From positions 29,146,932 to 29,210,931 of the forward strand of contig OZ316892.1 in the NCBI GenBank assembly GCA_973895155.1: 64,000 bases of DNA. The letters run 5' to 3'. Source of the DNA: Marsupella aquatica. Its lineage: Eukaryota > Plantae > Marchantiophyta. The translations under genes were made by a program, and so were the position numbers. The notes under the pieces were generated by a model. It made no database searches. It saw nothing but the letters and a program-made list of their open reading frames with translations, and was not told where the DNA came from. Below are positions 49,000 to 63,077 of the stretch, piece by piece (position 1 is the first letter of the stretch; each line of letters opens with the position of its first letter).

Positions 49000-51900
49000 C
49001 TGATACGAGCCAGTAATGTTTGTACAATCTCCCAAGTCCCACACTACATCCTTCGAGAACTGCTCTAGCTGTGAGCCTTCCGCTTGTGCAAAGCAGGAGG
49101 TTAATTGCTGTCGTGCAGGTATTCACAAGCTCCCGAAAGAATTCCGTCTGAGAGCAGCCCAAAGGAGTGGATTTTGACACAGGAGACTTTGGAGAGGCTA
49201 GGGTTCGAGGCGACCTCGACAGCTGGTTTCTAGAAATGTAACCAATATTTTTAGCTAGGGTGTGTCCATATGAAGATGTAGCACACTTAATTTTGGCATC
49301 TCGTTACGTCCTCGACCCAAGTTCGACCTGTTCAAACTATCATACCGCGTCTCAAGCAGGCTCCGAAAACCCTTCCTCGATTCAATTCCTGCTACCCTAT
49401 GTCTAAGTTAATTCCAGGCTCCTCGGTTTGCATTTGTTGCATTCCCATGTATCAATTCCATTGGAAACCCTCTGAAGTATCGCTCAGGCTTGCAACAGTG
49501 CAATCGAGGAGTCTTTCGATCTGTTGTGCATGCATGAATCGAGTCAGGCACGGAACCCGGTATTGTTGATAAATGAGGCTAGCGTTCACTTAGGCTTGAT
49601 TGAACCGCTGATCAAGTTTCGAGGCAGGTTTTATGGTCTCCGTTTATATGTAAAATCGAGGACCACGAATGTCTGGCTTCTGAGTTATTTGTCCTACCGA
49701 TCTTACAGCAGTGCCGAAAACCAGAATCTTCCCCTCAATTTGATCCCAATCTTCTGCTTCATCGAGTTGAATTGTAGTAATGTTCTGGAACTATCTAATT
49801 GAAGAAGAGCTGAACTTTTGAGTCTTGCAGGTTGGAGTGACTGTAGGACCTTTCCGCCGTGCAGACATAGTAAGTTACCTTTGTTGGAGATCTTAGCTTC
49901 CTCTCCTGAAAGAATTGCCTGTACAAAATCACCATGGTCTCTGATGTTTTTTACAAGCACTTGAGGGTACAAGGACGCCACGGTTTACGGCCCGGCCTCT
50001 AGACTTCAACAGTGTTTGCCAGTCGGTTTTGGATCTACAGTTTCTTGCATTCACTTCAATTTGAGAAAGGACTGAAGTTGTAAATCCTGAGGATCTGAAA
50101 TCCAGCAGTTTTGGCCGTGCAAGGATGCATGAGAGACAGTACTAACTGTGTTCCCTTAGAGAATCACCAACCACCAGGGAGAAAGAATTAGTCATTGTTG
50201 GCAAGGAAAGTACGGCGAGGCTTGGTTTAAGGAAACCTCAACAGCTGTTTGGCAGGATTGGTTTCAGATATATGGTCTATTCCATTCCATGCCAGAAATA
50301 GCTCGTTGCGTTAATGTCTCGTCTCTACTGCTTGTCAACCCGATAAGATCTCCTCTCCTTTCTTTGTCTACCCAACTCCCGCGTGGGAAACCCTAGGAAA
50401 AATTGTTCAAAGCATCATCTCGACCAATTACAGCAACATATGATAGAAAATGCTTCTACGATCGCTGAGAATTTTCTCCAGAACGAGCTCTGATATCACC
50501 TATCTGCATGTCATTGCATCATTTTGATCTGTGAATTATTCGTGTGGAGTTTGAACTTGAGTCAACTGTAAGATGCAAAGTAAACGTTTCTCCTGTGCAG
50601 GCGGGAACATCGTCACTCACCCGAAGCCGTTTTGGGAATTCTTACCTGTTAGAAACGAGGTTAGAAACCTCAGAGATGCTTCGCCGGGTACTGGTCTTTT
50701 CATTTGTGTACCCAGCTCCTGCCTGGGGACGCTCCAAGGGAGACCTACTTGCCCAATATCGTACCGACCACATGAAAGTGAAAAGAAAGAAACCCTCATC
50801 GATCCCTGAGAATCTCCAAATTCAATCTCGAGCTTCTTCATCTTGGATAGAAATACATGCTTTACTAGCAACACTCCAATTTTGAAATCAACTGACGTTT
50901 TGAGTCTTGACTTTCGAGTCTTAAGTATTGCAATTGTTTCTAGATAGATTTGCCGCATATTTGGGAACACTGACACCCAAACGAATATCGTTTGAGGACC
51001 GTTAATCCCATTCGTTGTAGGCAGGTTCGGAAAGGCTAGGGTTGACGTATACAGCAACAGCTGGTCCAATGTTCTCAGGGAGCAGTGTCAATGCAAATCT
51101 CGTTCACACGAAGCAGCATCATGCATCTGGTTGTTACGTCATGTTTCCCGAGAACTTTAACGGTTCCAGGCAGGGGCAGCCTTACAGTACCCTAAAAGTA
51201 TTGTGGGTTGATAATTCTTCTTGTGTAGTACAAACCTTCTCAAATTCCATGCTTACCCACTCAATTTTCTTTCTCAGTCTGAATTTAGTTTCGTACTCAT
51301 CAGAACTGCTGGATTGCAAGAAATTTGCTACAATACCTATCCTTCGATTAGAACTATCAGAGAACTTCCTCTACAGTGCATGAGTGAATTCTTTCCACTC
51401 AGGATGAATTCTAGACTCCGAATATCATGAGAGACCTTTCTTCAGCCTGGGTGAATAATCGTCGAGTACTGCTAGTCAGGTCCTTTCTCAAGTAGAATTC
51501 CACACCATGGACTGCTCGGCGGCCACATCAGTAAGAAGAGCCATTTCCATTCAAACATCCCTTCACTAAAGTCTTGCACCTGACGGGGAATTGGGGAATG
51601 CATTTCAGCCGCTAATCTACCATCCACTGTACGTCCTACTGCTAGTATAAGTAGCCTTCAGAACTAGAAGGCTAGAGAGATGTACAGCTCGACCAAAGTC
51701 CAGCTTTCCAGTCTGTTGTCCGCTGTTACTATCGAGGAGCCGACAGCTACGCTTGATCGATCCACAAAACTCTTTTGTGACCTTTTGACCCTTTGAATCA
51801 AAATGGATCTCTCATCTATCCATGAGGGCTTTTCTTCTCAGTTCTCACTCAAGCCTTTCCCTAGTTCCCTCCCTTCCTCCTCGAACTTCGCGAAGTTGGG

Positions 51901-52100
51901 TTTGTCAACCTCGCCTGAAGCAATTGACTCTGTGGTCCCCTGGCTTGACATTGAAGCACATTCTCAGAATCTTGGAATAGTAGCCGATCGCATGAAGATC
52001 CATGGCCACAACTTGGGAATGCAATAATAGAGATAAAATTGTCTTAGATTTCCCAATCACAACCAAGCTCTAGCTTACCGTGCTAACAGAAAGGACTGAA
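49000..52100 (-). mobile_element. Heavily decayed L1-like LINE ORF2 (boundaries approximate)
   Basis: Only residual minus-strand motifs: RVL*GCP near 51190 (resembles GVRQGCP), then GVLLVKHV near 50860 (resembles GR..L.KHVL) and NGFG near 50620 (resembles GGLG), in the expected order. Many stops and frameshifts. Confidence 0.45.
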
Positions 52101-54964
52101 TGGTTAGAAGGACAGACAAACTGAGTGACTGGCTTTAAAGTTGTGCACACCATAATTCAGTGTGTGATTAAAGCATTATCATTGCGACAAAGATTGCATG
52201 CTGGGATTTTGTTCGAGAGGTACGACAGCACAAGTAGTGAGCCCATTTTGGGTGCATGGGTACAGTGCTAGAGTGGAATGACCAGAGCAGTTTAAGGAGA
52301 CGTGGCCGTTGTGCTTGATGAGCATCCTTCATGCTACTGTTCTCCTGTTCATTCAATGCTCATTGCTCATGATTAGGATCCTGTTTGCATCAAGGAAGCC
52401 TCAGACTATCAGTCTGATCGACCGAACAATTCTGTTGTAATCAAGGGAGTCACTCAATATTGAACGAGCAATCCTGTTTGAATCAAGGAAGACACTGATT
52501 GATCGAGCAATTTAATGGTTCAAACGTCAATAAAAAAATGCACAAGAGCAGGTTGCATGGAGATAACCTAATAACGTATGGCTTCTGTCAGGTGCATTGA
52601 TCACATTAATTGGTTTGAGGAAATAAATTCACTCGGTATTACTGTACCACCCTTACAAAGTAAAAGTTATTGTGGATTGTGTTTTGGCACGTGTACTCCA
52701 CTCGTCGGTACAGCAGATAATGAAGCTTCGGATTCGACCAACACAATAAAAGGTGATTGTGGACCAAAACACTAAGGAAAGAAGTTTACCCATTCAATTC
52801 AATTCCTTGGATTCCCATCACATGATCAGAGTGTAATACTTATCCAGTGTAGTAAATTGAATTACTCTACACAAATGCAGATCGAAAGGAGAGCTGCCAG
52901 TCAGAAATCAATGCTGAATGACTCCAGGCATTGATTTTACGCAAAGGAAATCCCTTCAAATTTATTTACTTATATGGAAATAACAGTATAGAGTCATGAT
53001 TTCAAGCATTACCTTTTCACGATGGGATCATAATAAATATATACAACAGATATAATCGCACAGGCCAGAGACCCCATCAAGGGAAGACAACCAAAGAGCC
53101 CAAAAGCCCAAAGGAATAGAAAATCAAAACCTACCTATGAGCAAACTGAAGAGCCTGGTAGAATGCTCGTGTGAACTGCATATGGGGGTTAATCATATTT
53201 GTGAGTGTAAGTTCACTTTCTTAGGGTGTTGTTTTGAAGTTGATTTCAGATATTCTGCCCCATAGGCTGACTATGGGTATGACAACAAGGGAGAGGAAAG
53301 CAACCCACTGAAGTGACAATCTTTGAGCTCATACTTGTTTTGTTTCATATTAGTTTTGGGCTCTCGTTTTATTTCATATTGGTTTATCTAGCTTATCTAA
53401 CTGGTGTTTTGCATGTTGACACTGGTGTCCTCTGTCTCTCATGTTTGGTTCTGTGGTTAGTTTTGAGTGAGATTGGAAATCTAGATTGGCTACTTTCAAG
53501 GTTTTCTTTTCTTCTGGCGCTGTTTGGGCTAGTTGTTTTCATTGGCTTGCAATCAGATTTCTTCTTTCCATATTAAACAATGTAGCTTGAATACCTAAGC
53601 AATGCTCAAGCCCATGGTTGTCCCACCCCAAACTTGCTGCCACCCTAGAGTCACGGTCTAGAGGCTTCACTCTGACTACATGATAGGCTCCAGTGTGTAC
53701 CTTTCAATAGTGAATTATTACTTAGATTCACAACCACAAAAGTGCCAATTCGCACAATATTTGAAAGAAATTAAAGGCAGTGAGAATCAATCAATCATCA
53801 ACCAATTATGCAAGGTCATGGTGTCAATACCTGATTGATTTATTGACAAAGTAGCACAATTTCTCAAAACATTCATAATGTAAACTTTGATAAGTTTGAA
53901 AAAGTGCCCTCCCAATGCCAGCTTTCATCAACACTGTCTAGTCACATGACTGCTCCCGGGTCTGTCCATTGTAGAAGTCATCAAAGAAAGGGCAGGATCC
54001 AACCAGATAGTTGATTATAAAATGCCAAGAAGTCACTACCAGAGTCCCCTCCCACTCACTCTTCATGGTCCTTAACACTTTCATGGAACCCACTTCAAGA
54101 ATGTTTGCACTCAATTCAAAATCTGCCATTGTATTTTGATGTTTTCTTCACCTGTTATGTCAGCTAGGCTTATAATTTATTTCTACCCGGGTGCAGTTTG
54201 TTTTAGACTGAGCAGGCCCTTAAGCAGGCCTGTTCTCTATTGCTGCTTCACCCCAAAATCTAGAGAACTACTACAATGTACACATTTTTTCTCTGTCCCC
54301 TTTCAATCACTGTAACAACAAAGAAAACATATTTTGGTGTTTTTTAATATAAGTCCTACAACTACCAAAAGTGCATATTGTGGCAAATAACATATTTGGC
54401 CTGCCCAGGCAAACGCTATGGCACAGAATCCGGACATTTGACCCACCCTGAAGTGGGTTTGGCGCAGTACCCATTTACATCCAGGAGCAAAGCTGGCTGG
54501 GCAATAAAACACTTGCTCTCTGATAAATAGAAAACGTTGCTGCAATAAAACCAGCTTCTGCCTTCTGGTCATAAAAGTGAAAAAGATAGATTGGTGGACA
54601 CTTCTGGTCAAAAAAGGAAAAAAGACTTCCTTACTCGTTTGGTCTTCTTGGGGTCTTTCTTCCTCCTGTCCTGTTTGGCCTTTTTTTCTTTGGCAGTTTA
54701 ATATATATATTTACTGAATCAACAAGTTGGGGCATTCATATGCATAGAAAGCAAGTTCCCTTTAAATCAGTGAGGAAGGAATATTCAAGACATTCAGAAA
54801 GTTGATATATTTTGCTTTGTTTTTTCAAATCGAAAAGAGTTTTTAAATTGAAAATGGACAATGAAAGAGTCACGACTCCTTTCATTATTGGGGCAACAAG
54901 TGGCGGCCAAAATTTGTGTGTTATTAGTCTTCGAAAAGGCTGACTAACTCAATCTTTTTGGAAA

Positions 54965-55101
54965 TTGTTCCCACTTGCACTATTCTCGTATTCACATGCA
55001 CAATTCTGATTCCTGAATTTGTTCCCACTTGCACAATTCTGATGCACAATTCAATTCCTGAAATACAATTCACATGCACAATTCTGATTCCTGAATTGCA
55101 T
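54965..55101. repeat. Short imperfect tandem repeats (tgcacaattctgattcctgaatt)
   Basis: The motif and sub-motifs repeat 3-5 times. Confidence 0.75.
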
Positions 55102-55154
55102 GTCAAACCTCTTGGAATATATGGAGGTTTGACAGAACACTGGAAACCCTTCTT

Positions 55155-55445
55155 ACCTTGAATGAGAGCCAACAGAGGATACACTTCTTGCTCCAGAACA
55201 TACCAAGACCCAGGAATCCTACATGCCAAGACCCAGGGATCTGACACTGACCCAAACCAGGAGGGAGAGATGGATAAACCAGGGCCCCAAAATAGGCCAG
55301 CCAAGGGCAAAGGAGAAACCAATATTCACACCACTACATCTCTCCTACACATATACACACATACACTTCACATCCCCCTTGTGTATTGAACCTGGGACCT
55401 CTGGTTCCATACACGTTTCAATGACATTGCCACTAATTTTGCCCC
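55155..55445 (-). mobile_element. Diverged second copy of the tRNA-derived SINE family
   Basis: The reverse complement contains tggaaccagaggtcccaggttcaat (B box), a GT-rich stretch and ggccctggtttatccatctctccctcctggtttgggtcagtgtcagatcc, colinear with 4345-4500. No clear TSD. Confidence 0.72.
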
Positions 55446-55552
55446 AAATTACAATAGTGCCACTGTTTTGTCACTATTGTCACTATTTAGAATAGTGCGA
55501 GAGTATTTAGGAACTTCTGATAGAACCCGTGGCAGTATTATGAATACTAAAA

Positions 55553-56172
55553 ACAATGGCAGTATTGCAATTTCAGGCAACATTAGCGGCCAAAGTACTT
55601 GAAAGCTGAATTTCTTGTTACCCTAGCGGTCGACAAAATGATGGCAGTATCGTACTTTCAGGCAACAATATGGCCAAAGTGCTTGAAAGCTGAATTTTCT
55701 TGTCCAAGCTAGCGGTAGACAGAAATGATGGCAGTATCGTAATTTCAGGCAACAATAGTGGCCAAATTACTTGAAAGCTGAACTTGGCTTGTCCAAGCTA
55801 GCGGTAGACAGAAATGATGGCAGTATTGTGATTTCAGGCAACATTAGTGGCAAAGTACTTGAAAGCTGAATTTGGCTTGTCCAAGCTAACGGTAGACAGA
55901 AATGATGGCAGTTTTGTAATTTCAGGCAACAGTAGTGGCCAAATTACTTGAAAGCTGAATTTGGCTTGTTCCAAGCTAGCGGTAGACAGAGATGATGGCA
56001 GTATTGTGATTTCAGTCAACATTAGTGGCAAAGTACTTGAACGCTGAATTTCGCTTGTCCAAGCTAGCGGTAGACAGAAATGATGGCAGTTTTGTAAATT
56101 CAGGCAACAATAGTGGCCAAATTACTTGAAAGCTGAATTTTCTTATCCAAGCTAGCCGTAGGCAGAACTGAT
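55553..56172. repeat. Tandem array, about 84-91-bp monomer, about 7 copies, with alternating A/B variants (about 178-bp dimer)
   Basis: The anchor tggcagt recurs at about 55557, 55641, 55728, 55818, 55906, 55996 and 56084. Later units alternate agtggccaaattac and ttagtggcaaagtac. Confidence 0.93.
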
Positions 56173-56347
56173 CTTTGTGCACGTTGGTTGAAATATTTTG
56201 TTATAGAATGGAAGAGTGTGTAGAATGTTTGATAATATTTAGAGTTCTTTCGATGAATGGACCACGGAGAGGGCCACCGACAGATTCTTATATATTCAAG
56301 AATAAGGAAACAAAGTACAACGATGATGTGCTAAAAGCCAATGAATG

Positions 56348-56566
56348 AAGTACAAAGAAGGCGTTACAGGAAGGCTAAACTTAAAGGTAAAATTTACAAA
56401 ATAAATGAATGAGGTGAAGGCCTAAAGCAAAATGATGTGAAGGCCTAAAGCAAAATGATGTGAAATCAATGGATAAAGTACAAGGAAGGCGTTACAGGAA
56501 GGCAGAATTTAAAGGGAAAATTCACAAAATAAATGAATGAGGTGAAGGCCTAAAGCAAAATGATGT
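56348..56566. repeat. About 128-bp duplication with an internal 23-bp tandem repeat
   Basis: aagtacaa.gaaggcgttacaggaaggc...caaaataaatgaatgaggtgaaggcctaaagcaaaatgatgt occurs twice. gtgaaggcctaaagcaaaatgat occurs three times. Confidence 0.88.
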
Positions 56567-57099
56567 AGTGACTACTGAGGTAAATAATTATTTGAAGATT
56601 CAACATCAATGCACGGCCAGATAACAAAATTGAATTGGAAAGAGGGATGTACTAAATTCTGAAATATTCCAACCTTTCATTGATGCATTATATTGCGAAA
56701 AGGTGCGAGGAGTCTAGTGACTGAGTAGCTCGATCTTGGAATAATTAATTTGCTGGACGTTGTGGAGTGGACGAGGCACAGTACACCAAAATTGTGAGCC
56801 AAAGTACAATTTTGGTGTAAAATTTTGGTGTTCGGAATGCTACTCAGTGCACTCCGAACCTCTGGTCACCAACAGTATCTCGACGTGACACAGACTGAAC
56901 TTGCTCAATTTTGACTGTTCTATGACTCAACAGAACTGTGAATACATGAGAGTATGTGGTGGCAACAAAAGTATGGAGCTGTACTGTTGAGGTCGGAAGC
57001 CCGCGTACTCCAATGCTAGCATCCTCCACGAATATTAAATGAATCACCGTGACATAACCAGACAGTTCAATCTCCTTTTCTTCCACTTTCTTGCTCACT

Positions 57100-60000
57100 A
57101 GTTCATTTCAAGCTTCCCTTCCATTTCATTATTGCATTTTTGGGCTTTCTGATTTAATCTGCCACGTTCAAATGGCAAGTCAGTTAGTGTCGTAGGACGA
57201 GATACTGTGAACTAACTGGATGATGAACAGAATTAGTTAAGAGTGAACCACAAGCTTGATCGATGAAATGTAACTGGCGTGCAACGACTTATATGAGTAA
57301 GCTCAAGACAAATAATGGTTTGTGCTGGTTGACTGGGATCCTTTTTGTCAAAAATAGTTCCATTCATATGGAATTCCTTAGGGAATGGAATCCCGTTCGG
57401 AATGTGGAAGAGGGAATAATTTCAAGAGAAGGAACTATCTTTGACAAAAAGAGGCAGCTGCAGTTCTTCAATCTTCGATATTGATGTGGAGACAAGTGCT
57501 TGTGAGTTATACCATTTTCAGAATTTCTGTTCTCGGTTCTGCTGAGATTTTCAGATAGTGGAATTAGTCGATCGGAGACACCAAAGGTGGTAAATGAGTA
57601 ACAGCCAAAGTTACAACACACCAACAGGGGGAGTCACCTGAATCTAAGCAACGATGAGACAGTGAAATTGACTAATCACTAATGACCATAAGCGAACTAT
57701 GCTAAAGACGAGGCACTGCTCTAGGCTAACTACAGGGGACGAAACGACTGTAGGAGATCGTAATCCGTTGGACATTATTCATGTCTTCTATTATCATCCC
57801 ACCAATAGACAGCAGTTAAATTCCAGGAAAACCATCAGATAGGTAGAAATTTGGTAAAGTATGAGAACCTCCTCACCTTCAGATCAAGCAGGGGGTGGGT
57901 GAGGAAACGTAGATTTTGGGTAGGTAATAGACAGAGATTTCAAATCTCTTCTCCATTTCACGCCCTGGGACGGTCAATTCTTCTCATCTATCTATTATTA
58001 CTCAGACAGAAGTAGATCAGATTGTAGACTATCCCACTGTTGCAGCAATGGTGAGAAGCCTGTTAAAAATCCCTACACGTCCAGATTGTGCAATTGCCGA
58101 ACTTGCTCGGGTGGGATAGAACCTGCTTGGCTCGGGTATGTATCCCGAAAACCTTCTGCTTTTCCTCCAGTGACTTGCTAAGCACAGAGTCTTCTCTCTG
58201 AGCTCAGGCTGAGTTAAGGCGTTGAATGTCAGGAAACTGTCCCTGGTTGTCATCGTAGCAGTGAAATCTCACATGGGTAAGGGTGTCTGTCACTTTCATC
58301 GAAAATGTAAATTTATTAGATGGTTAGTTCCACACAACCTAGGTCATCAACGAACGTCATTAATTGTGGTTCCAGCCTCGTCATCAGCCTTCGGGTTTCA
58401 GCTGAAAGTAATGTGCTGAACATAAAGTTGTGGTGAAATTACAGCTGCATCTGTATGGTTAAAGTTGGGATATTATTGGGATATTTCCAGCCCTCACTGA
58501 TTTCCAGAAACTCATAGTGATAAGTATTGTCGCTAGAAAGTTCAAGAAACTGGCTTTAACAGTCTCGGAGTATCGTGGCAACGAGACTGGAGAGAGAAGT
58601 CGCCCGAGACTACTATTATATATTCGTCACTACACTTGGTAAGAGAACAAGATATCACTCAAGCACTCAGAAAGTGAAATTTGCATTTTTCCACATTCAA
58701 TGTTTCTTGGGCATTTGAAGAGGAGTTGCGTACCTTCGTCTAAATTTTTTATTTAGACAATACCGCAATTCCTTCTGTACCTTTTGTGTTCAAGTTTGAT
58801 GTAGCTTGTTGTCATGGCTGTGATTACTTTACTCCGTACAGAAACGGAGATTCTTCAGTATTGCATTCCCTGCTACCATTCTCAGATCACTAGATCATGA
58901 ATGAAGACATCTAATTTTTTCCTCAACCAAAAAGTTCACCCGCCATGGTGTATCTGGGTTTTCTAGGAAAAGCCGGAAACACTCGACTTCAACTGTATTT
59001 TTCCTTAAAAGCTCCTCATTTGTGAAACAACTAAGAATCACCTGCCCAATGCCCGGTAGTAAGTCAGCTTTAAATGTGCCATGTAATATTGACAAAGGAT
59101 CTCAAGCAATAGAAATTTGAAGAGAAATTTGAAATCTTCAAAGCGTGTGACTATATTTATTCATCCATTCCAAACATCAATTTATTCGTTGCTCCAAAAA
59201 ATGTCCAGATCAAAAGATTGCTTGAATTCTGTAAAGGGGTTTAATCAGATGGTTGTCTCAAAGTATGATCCTATCTGCTGCCGGTGGCCTGTTCGTGGAT
59301 GCCAATATTGAGAATGCAGAGCTTTGGCCAGGTTTGTCTATTTGAGGGGCTACCTTCATTGGCCGCAAGGGAAGGCTATAACATAGACTTATTTCATCTA
59401 GCTGCAGCCAAGATGTGCACAGGCTATCTTCTCATTTAAGTTCCGTGTCCTCTTCTTAACAGTACATATCACCCAAGAAACAAAAAGCGCCAAATTTGGA
59501 CAGGATCCCAAACGCAAGAGACCAATTAAAAGGGAGCAAGAAGGGGAAAACCCCAACAGTGACTAATCGGGGTTTAGGGTTTATACCGAACTGGTTCTGA
59601 CTAACTCTGTTTATCAAATTTCTAGTGGTTGATTGAAGGTCGAATCCGAACATTTTACGAGGGACGTTCGAATTTGACTGAAATGCAACTATTTCTCAAT
59701 AGATGATTTTGGTGGTCAACATTTGCACTCCATCACTTCAGGTACATTGTTCAGGTTGTCAAGTGTAGCTAGATTATCACCTGGATGGAACTGTCAAAAA
59801 TCATCCATTGATCTCAACTTCCACGACGGTAGTTGGGGGACGTGTTCTGATTCATAGCTTGAAGACTTTTCTCCATTCTCCTAAATTTCCAGCACTGCTT
59901 TCACTCACCTGGAGAAAAAGCTTTCTATGGCGCCATTCGTCACAGCGGGTTAGCCCGAAAATTTATGTTAGTGCGAACTGGGTTGGTAATCCTGATTCAG

Positions 60001-60900
60001 GAGTGAATTGGTAATCATCGTTCGCCAATTCAAAGCAGCAGGACCAGAACGTCGACAAGGCGCTGCCCTGAAGGTGCTTTTAAAGTGGTCCCCTAAACAG
60101 AAAAATTGTTCTTTGGCCAATTGCGGTTCAGATTTCACGGTGATTTGTGATCGGCAGCTTCCGTTCGACGCGCAGCTTGAACTCAGGCGTGGCTACACAA
60201 TGACAGACGGCCAAGCTCAAAGTTCAGCTAGATGACTATTGAAATTTCAGAATGTGTCTAAAAATCCAATACAAGAAGATCAAGATCGACGTCGCAGTAA
60301 AGAGATGACGCCTTTTCTATCCGAATCCTGGTCAAACCCAGAAAGCTAGAAAGCTCCAACCCAGTACGGTCTGAGAAGCTGGGGCTCAAGCTTTCATTCA
60401 ATAAGCGAAGCATTCAATTCACATTAAACAAATGCAAGGCCAATCAAATCACTTACATTGTGGGCAATCTCACAATCAGACAATCTCTTCCAATCTCAAC
60501 GACCTCATCGAATCCTGTACGATATTCCATTATGAAAAGCTCCATCTGGGGGCGTGTTCCTGTAGCAGTGTGCTGAAGCGTCGGCTGATGCTGTTTGGGA
60601 ACTTGGGATGCGGAAGGGGGAGCTCGCAACTGGTGAAGGTGACAAAAGGGACGGACAGACAGACAGCATAGTGATCTTAGTGAGCTCATATCTCTATGAA
60701 AGACTGTGTGTTGAGAAGAAGGGGAAGCTGTGCGGACACAATCTAGTCTGCTCCTTGCTCGTGCCGCCACACGCCCACACTGGGAAACCACGAGCCGACG
60801 CCATGAGGTCACAGAAGGATCATCAGTTCATCACCTCCTGATTCAGAAATTTTCCATACCCACGCCCTGACCAAATCCACGCATGTCCACAGGACTGTCA
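57100..60900 (-). mobile_element. Heavily decayed L1-like LINE (EN-RT remnants; boundaries approximate)
   Basis: Faint minus-strand motifs in LINE order: EEKQKVF near 58160 (resembles Q.GF), FLTHPLLDL near 57900 (resembles LF.L.TQPL), WDD near 57797 (resembles ADD) and FTTFGV near 57590 (resembles F.YLGV). No open frame. Confidence 0.4.
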
Positions 60901-60949
60901 ACTCCTTATCAAATCATCTGAGAGCAGGACACTTGATTACCGTAATTAG

Positions 60950-61468
60950 TCTCGAGTCTGAGAGAGTATTTAGGAACATATAGTTTAGGAAAAAAGGATT
61001 TTGAAATGTCACCATCAGTCTCACAGAGTATTTAGGAACATACATTTTAGGAACAAATACTTTTGAACAAAGGTTTTTGAACAACATGTCACCATAAGTC
61101 TCACACAGTGTTTAGTAACAAATATTTTAGGAACAAATACTTTTGAACGAAGGTTTTTGAACAACATGTCACCATAAATCTCACACAGCATTTGGGAACA
61201 TATATTTTAGGAATAAATTCTTTTGAACAAAGGTTTTTGAACAACATGTCACCATAAGTCTCATACAGTCTTTAGTAACATATATTTTAGGAACAAATAC
61301 TTTTGAACAAAGGTTTTTGAACAACATGTCACCATAAGTCTCACAGAGCATTTAGGAACATATATTTTTAGGAACAAATATTTTTCAACAAAGGTTTTTG
61401 TACAATAATGTCACCATAAGTCTCACACATATTTAGGAACAAAGGTTTTTGAACAATGGCACCATAAT
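60950..61468. repeat. Tandem array, about 80-bp unit, about 6 copies
   Basis: The anchor atgtcaccat recurs at about 61006, 61087, 61167, 61247, 61327 and 61408. Confidence 0.95.
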
Positions 61469-61499
61469 TAATGTGTGTGAAACTACTAACTCCTATAAT

Positions 61500-62950
61500 A
61501 CATAGTGGGGCCACTTTTTGAAGTGGTCGTCATTCAAAATTTTAAAAATTTACAGCTTTCCATGCCAAGTGAAAGAAATCAAATATGCAAAGCTAAGAGA
61601 ATAAAAACTAGTATGTGGGTCCAGCTCAATTCTTTCACATAAATTATATAGCCAAAGTACACTCAGAGGAGTGTTGTAAATTTGTATTAAATTTATGTGC
61701 ATTAAGTTAAATTAAATTTATGAGAATTACATCAAAAGCTCATCTACAATAACAAGAGTATGCCACAAGAAAAATGATGGCTTGGATTGAGCCATTAGTT
61801 ATAACTATATGTAATACTATCTTGGGCAACTTAGTTTGTTGAAGATTCAATTTGTTAATATATACTAGTAAAAGAATATTCTCATCATTATCCTAATATC
61901 ATGGCAAGTGGAAACAAAGACAAAAACCATAAGTGTAGAATCATCACAAGTGTTGTGGAGATAGAGCTTATATACATAGACCAACTGTCATGGGAGTATG
62001 AACTCTCATTTCCTTGCATGATGTAGATTCTCCAATAAATTGTACTTTATGATGTTATTTGTTTTATTATTAAATGTAGTTTTCTTCATTATGTAGAGAT
62101 TAATAATTCTAATAAATTGAACAAAATTAGGTTGGATGGAAGATAAGTGATGTTGTATTCAATGTTTGGGCGCTTGTGCAGATTGATTGGAGGTTTGACT
62201 CATGACTCTTTTGGTGTGCATATATTGGGAAGATTATAGTGAGGTTTACAACATACTTCACACTAGGTGTGAGGAGAGTTTACAGGAGACATTGAAGCTT
62301 GGAGGCGGACATCAAGTGGTAGACTGAGTATTTTTTGTATGGCTCTCATAGTGTGACCAGGTAGGTTTGTATAATTGCGTGTTTTGTTTGATGTTTACAA
62401 TTTGTATGGATTTTATGAGTTGGGAAGTGGCACAATGTCCTTTCAATTCAATTCTTGAGCTCATTGACCCTTTCTTGAGATGAACATTTTCTTCTTGGTT
62501 GCTAGAGAAGCTTGGGAGAGTTTACAAATTATTTGGCAATCAATAGCAAACTCAACTTTATTACAACACTTGAAATACATGTTTGATTTCTTTCTCTTCT
62601 CTCTATATGGTTAACAGTTGTGATTGCTAATATTTTTGTGTGATAAACAAATATCAAAAATTTATGTAGTTCCAAGATTTCACCTCTAGTAGATTGATTT
62701 GTGATAATTATTTGTAAATAAAAGAAAGTATAAAGTTCTAATTTTCAACATTCTGATATTTAGGTCTAAACTTAGTGTACTGTTTGACCAGAAAATTGGA
62801 GCTTCATATTTGACTTGTAAAATAATGTTTTCTCAAATCTTAACATTTGAATAAAGAAAATGTAAACACTAATACTCTATCTAGGGAGCTTTGCTACAAA
62901 GAAAAGCATAGGAAAACTTAAGTTTGAGAGTTATTTCCTTTTGTTCCTTT
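61500..62950 (+). pseudogene. Decayed hAT-superfamily (ZBED/ZNF862-like) transposase relic
   Basis: Broken plus-strand frames give, in order, SGRHSKF*KF (resembles SPKRH.EF.KL), IKTSMW (resembles VKTRW), IWQSIANSTLLQH and FNILIFRSKL (resembles the hAT dimerisation FS....KSKLRN). AT-rich with many stops. Confidence 0.5.
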
Positions 62951-63077
62951 TCCAATAGAAATAGCAGAAACAAGATCAACATTTGATAATACTCTTAACA
63001 TAACAAGGCATTACCTTAAAAATCAAGAAGATAACAAGTTAAGGCATTGTGCTACACAATTCACAAGTGTATTTTTT

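Noticed and set aside
61720-61770. Minus-strand VIVDE Walker-B-like word suggesting a PIF1/Helitron helicase
   Set aside because: It is an isolated word. The plus strand gives several ordered hAT-like motifs instead.
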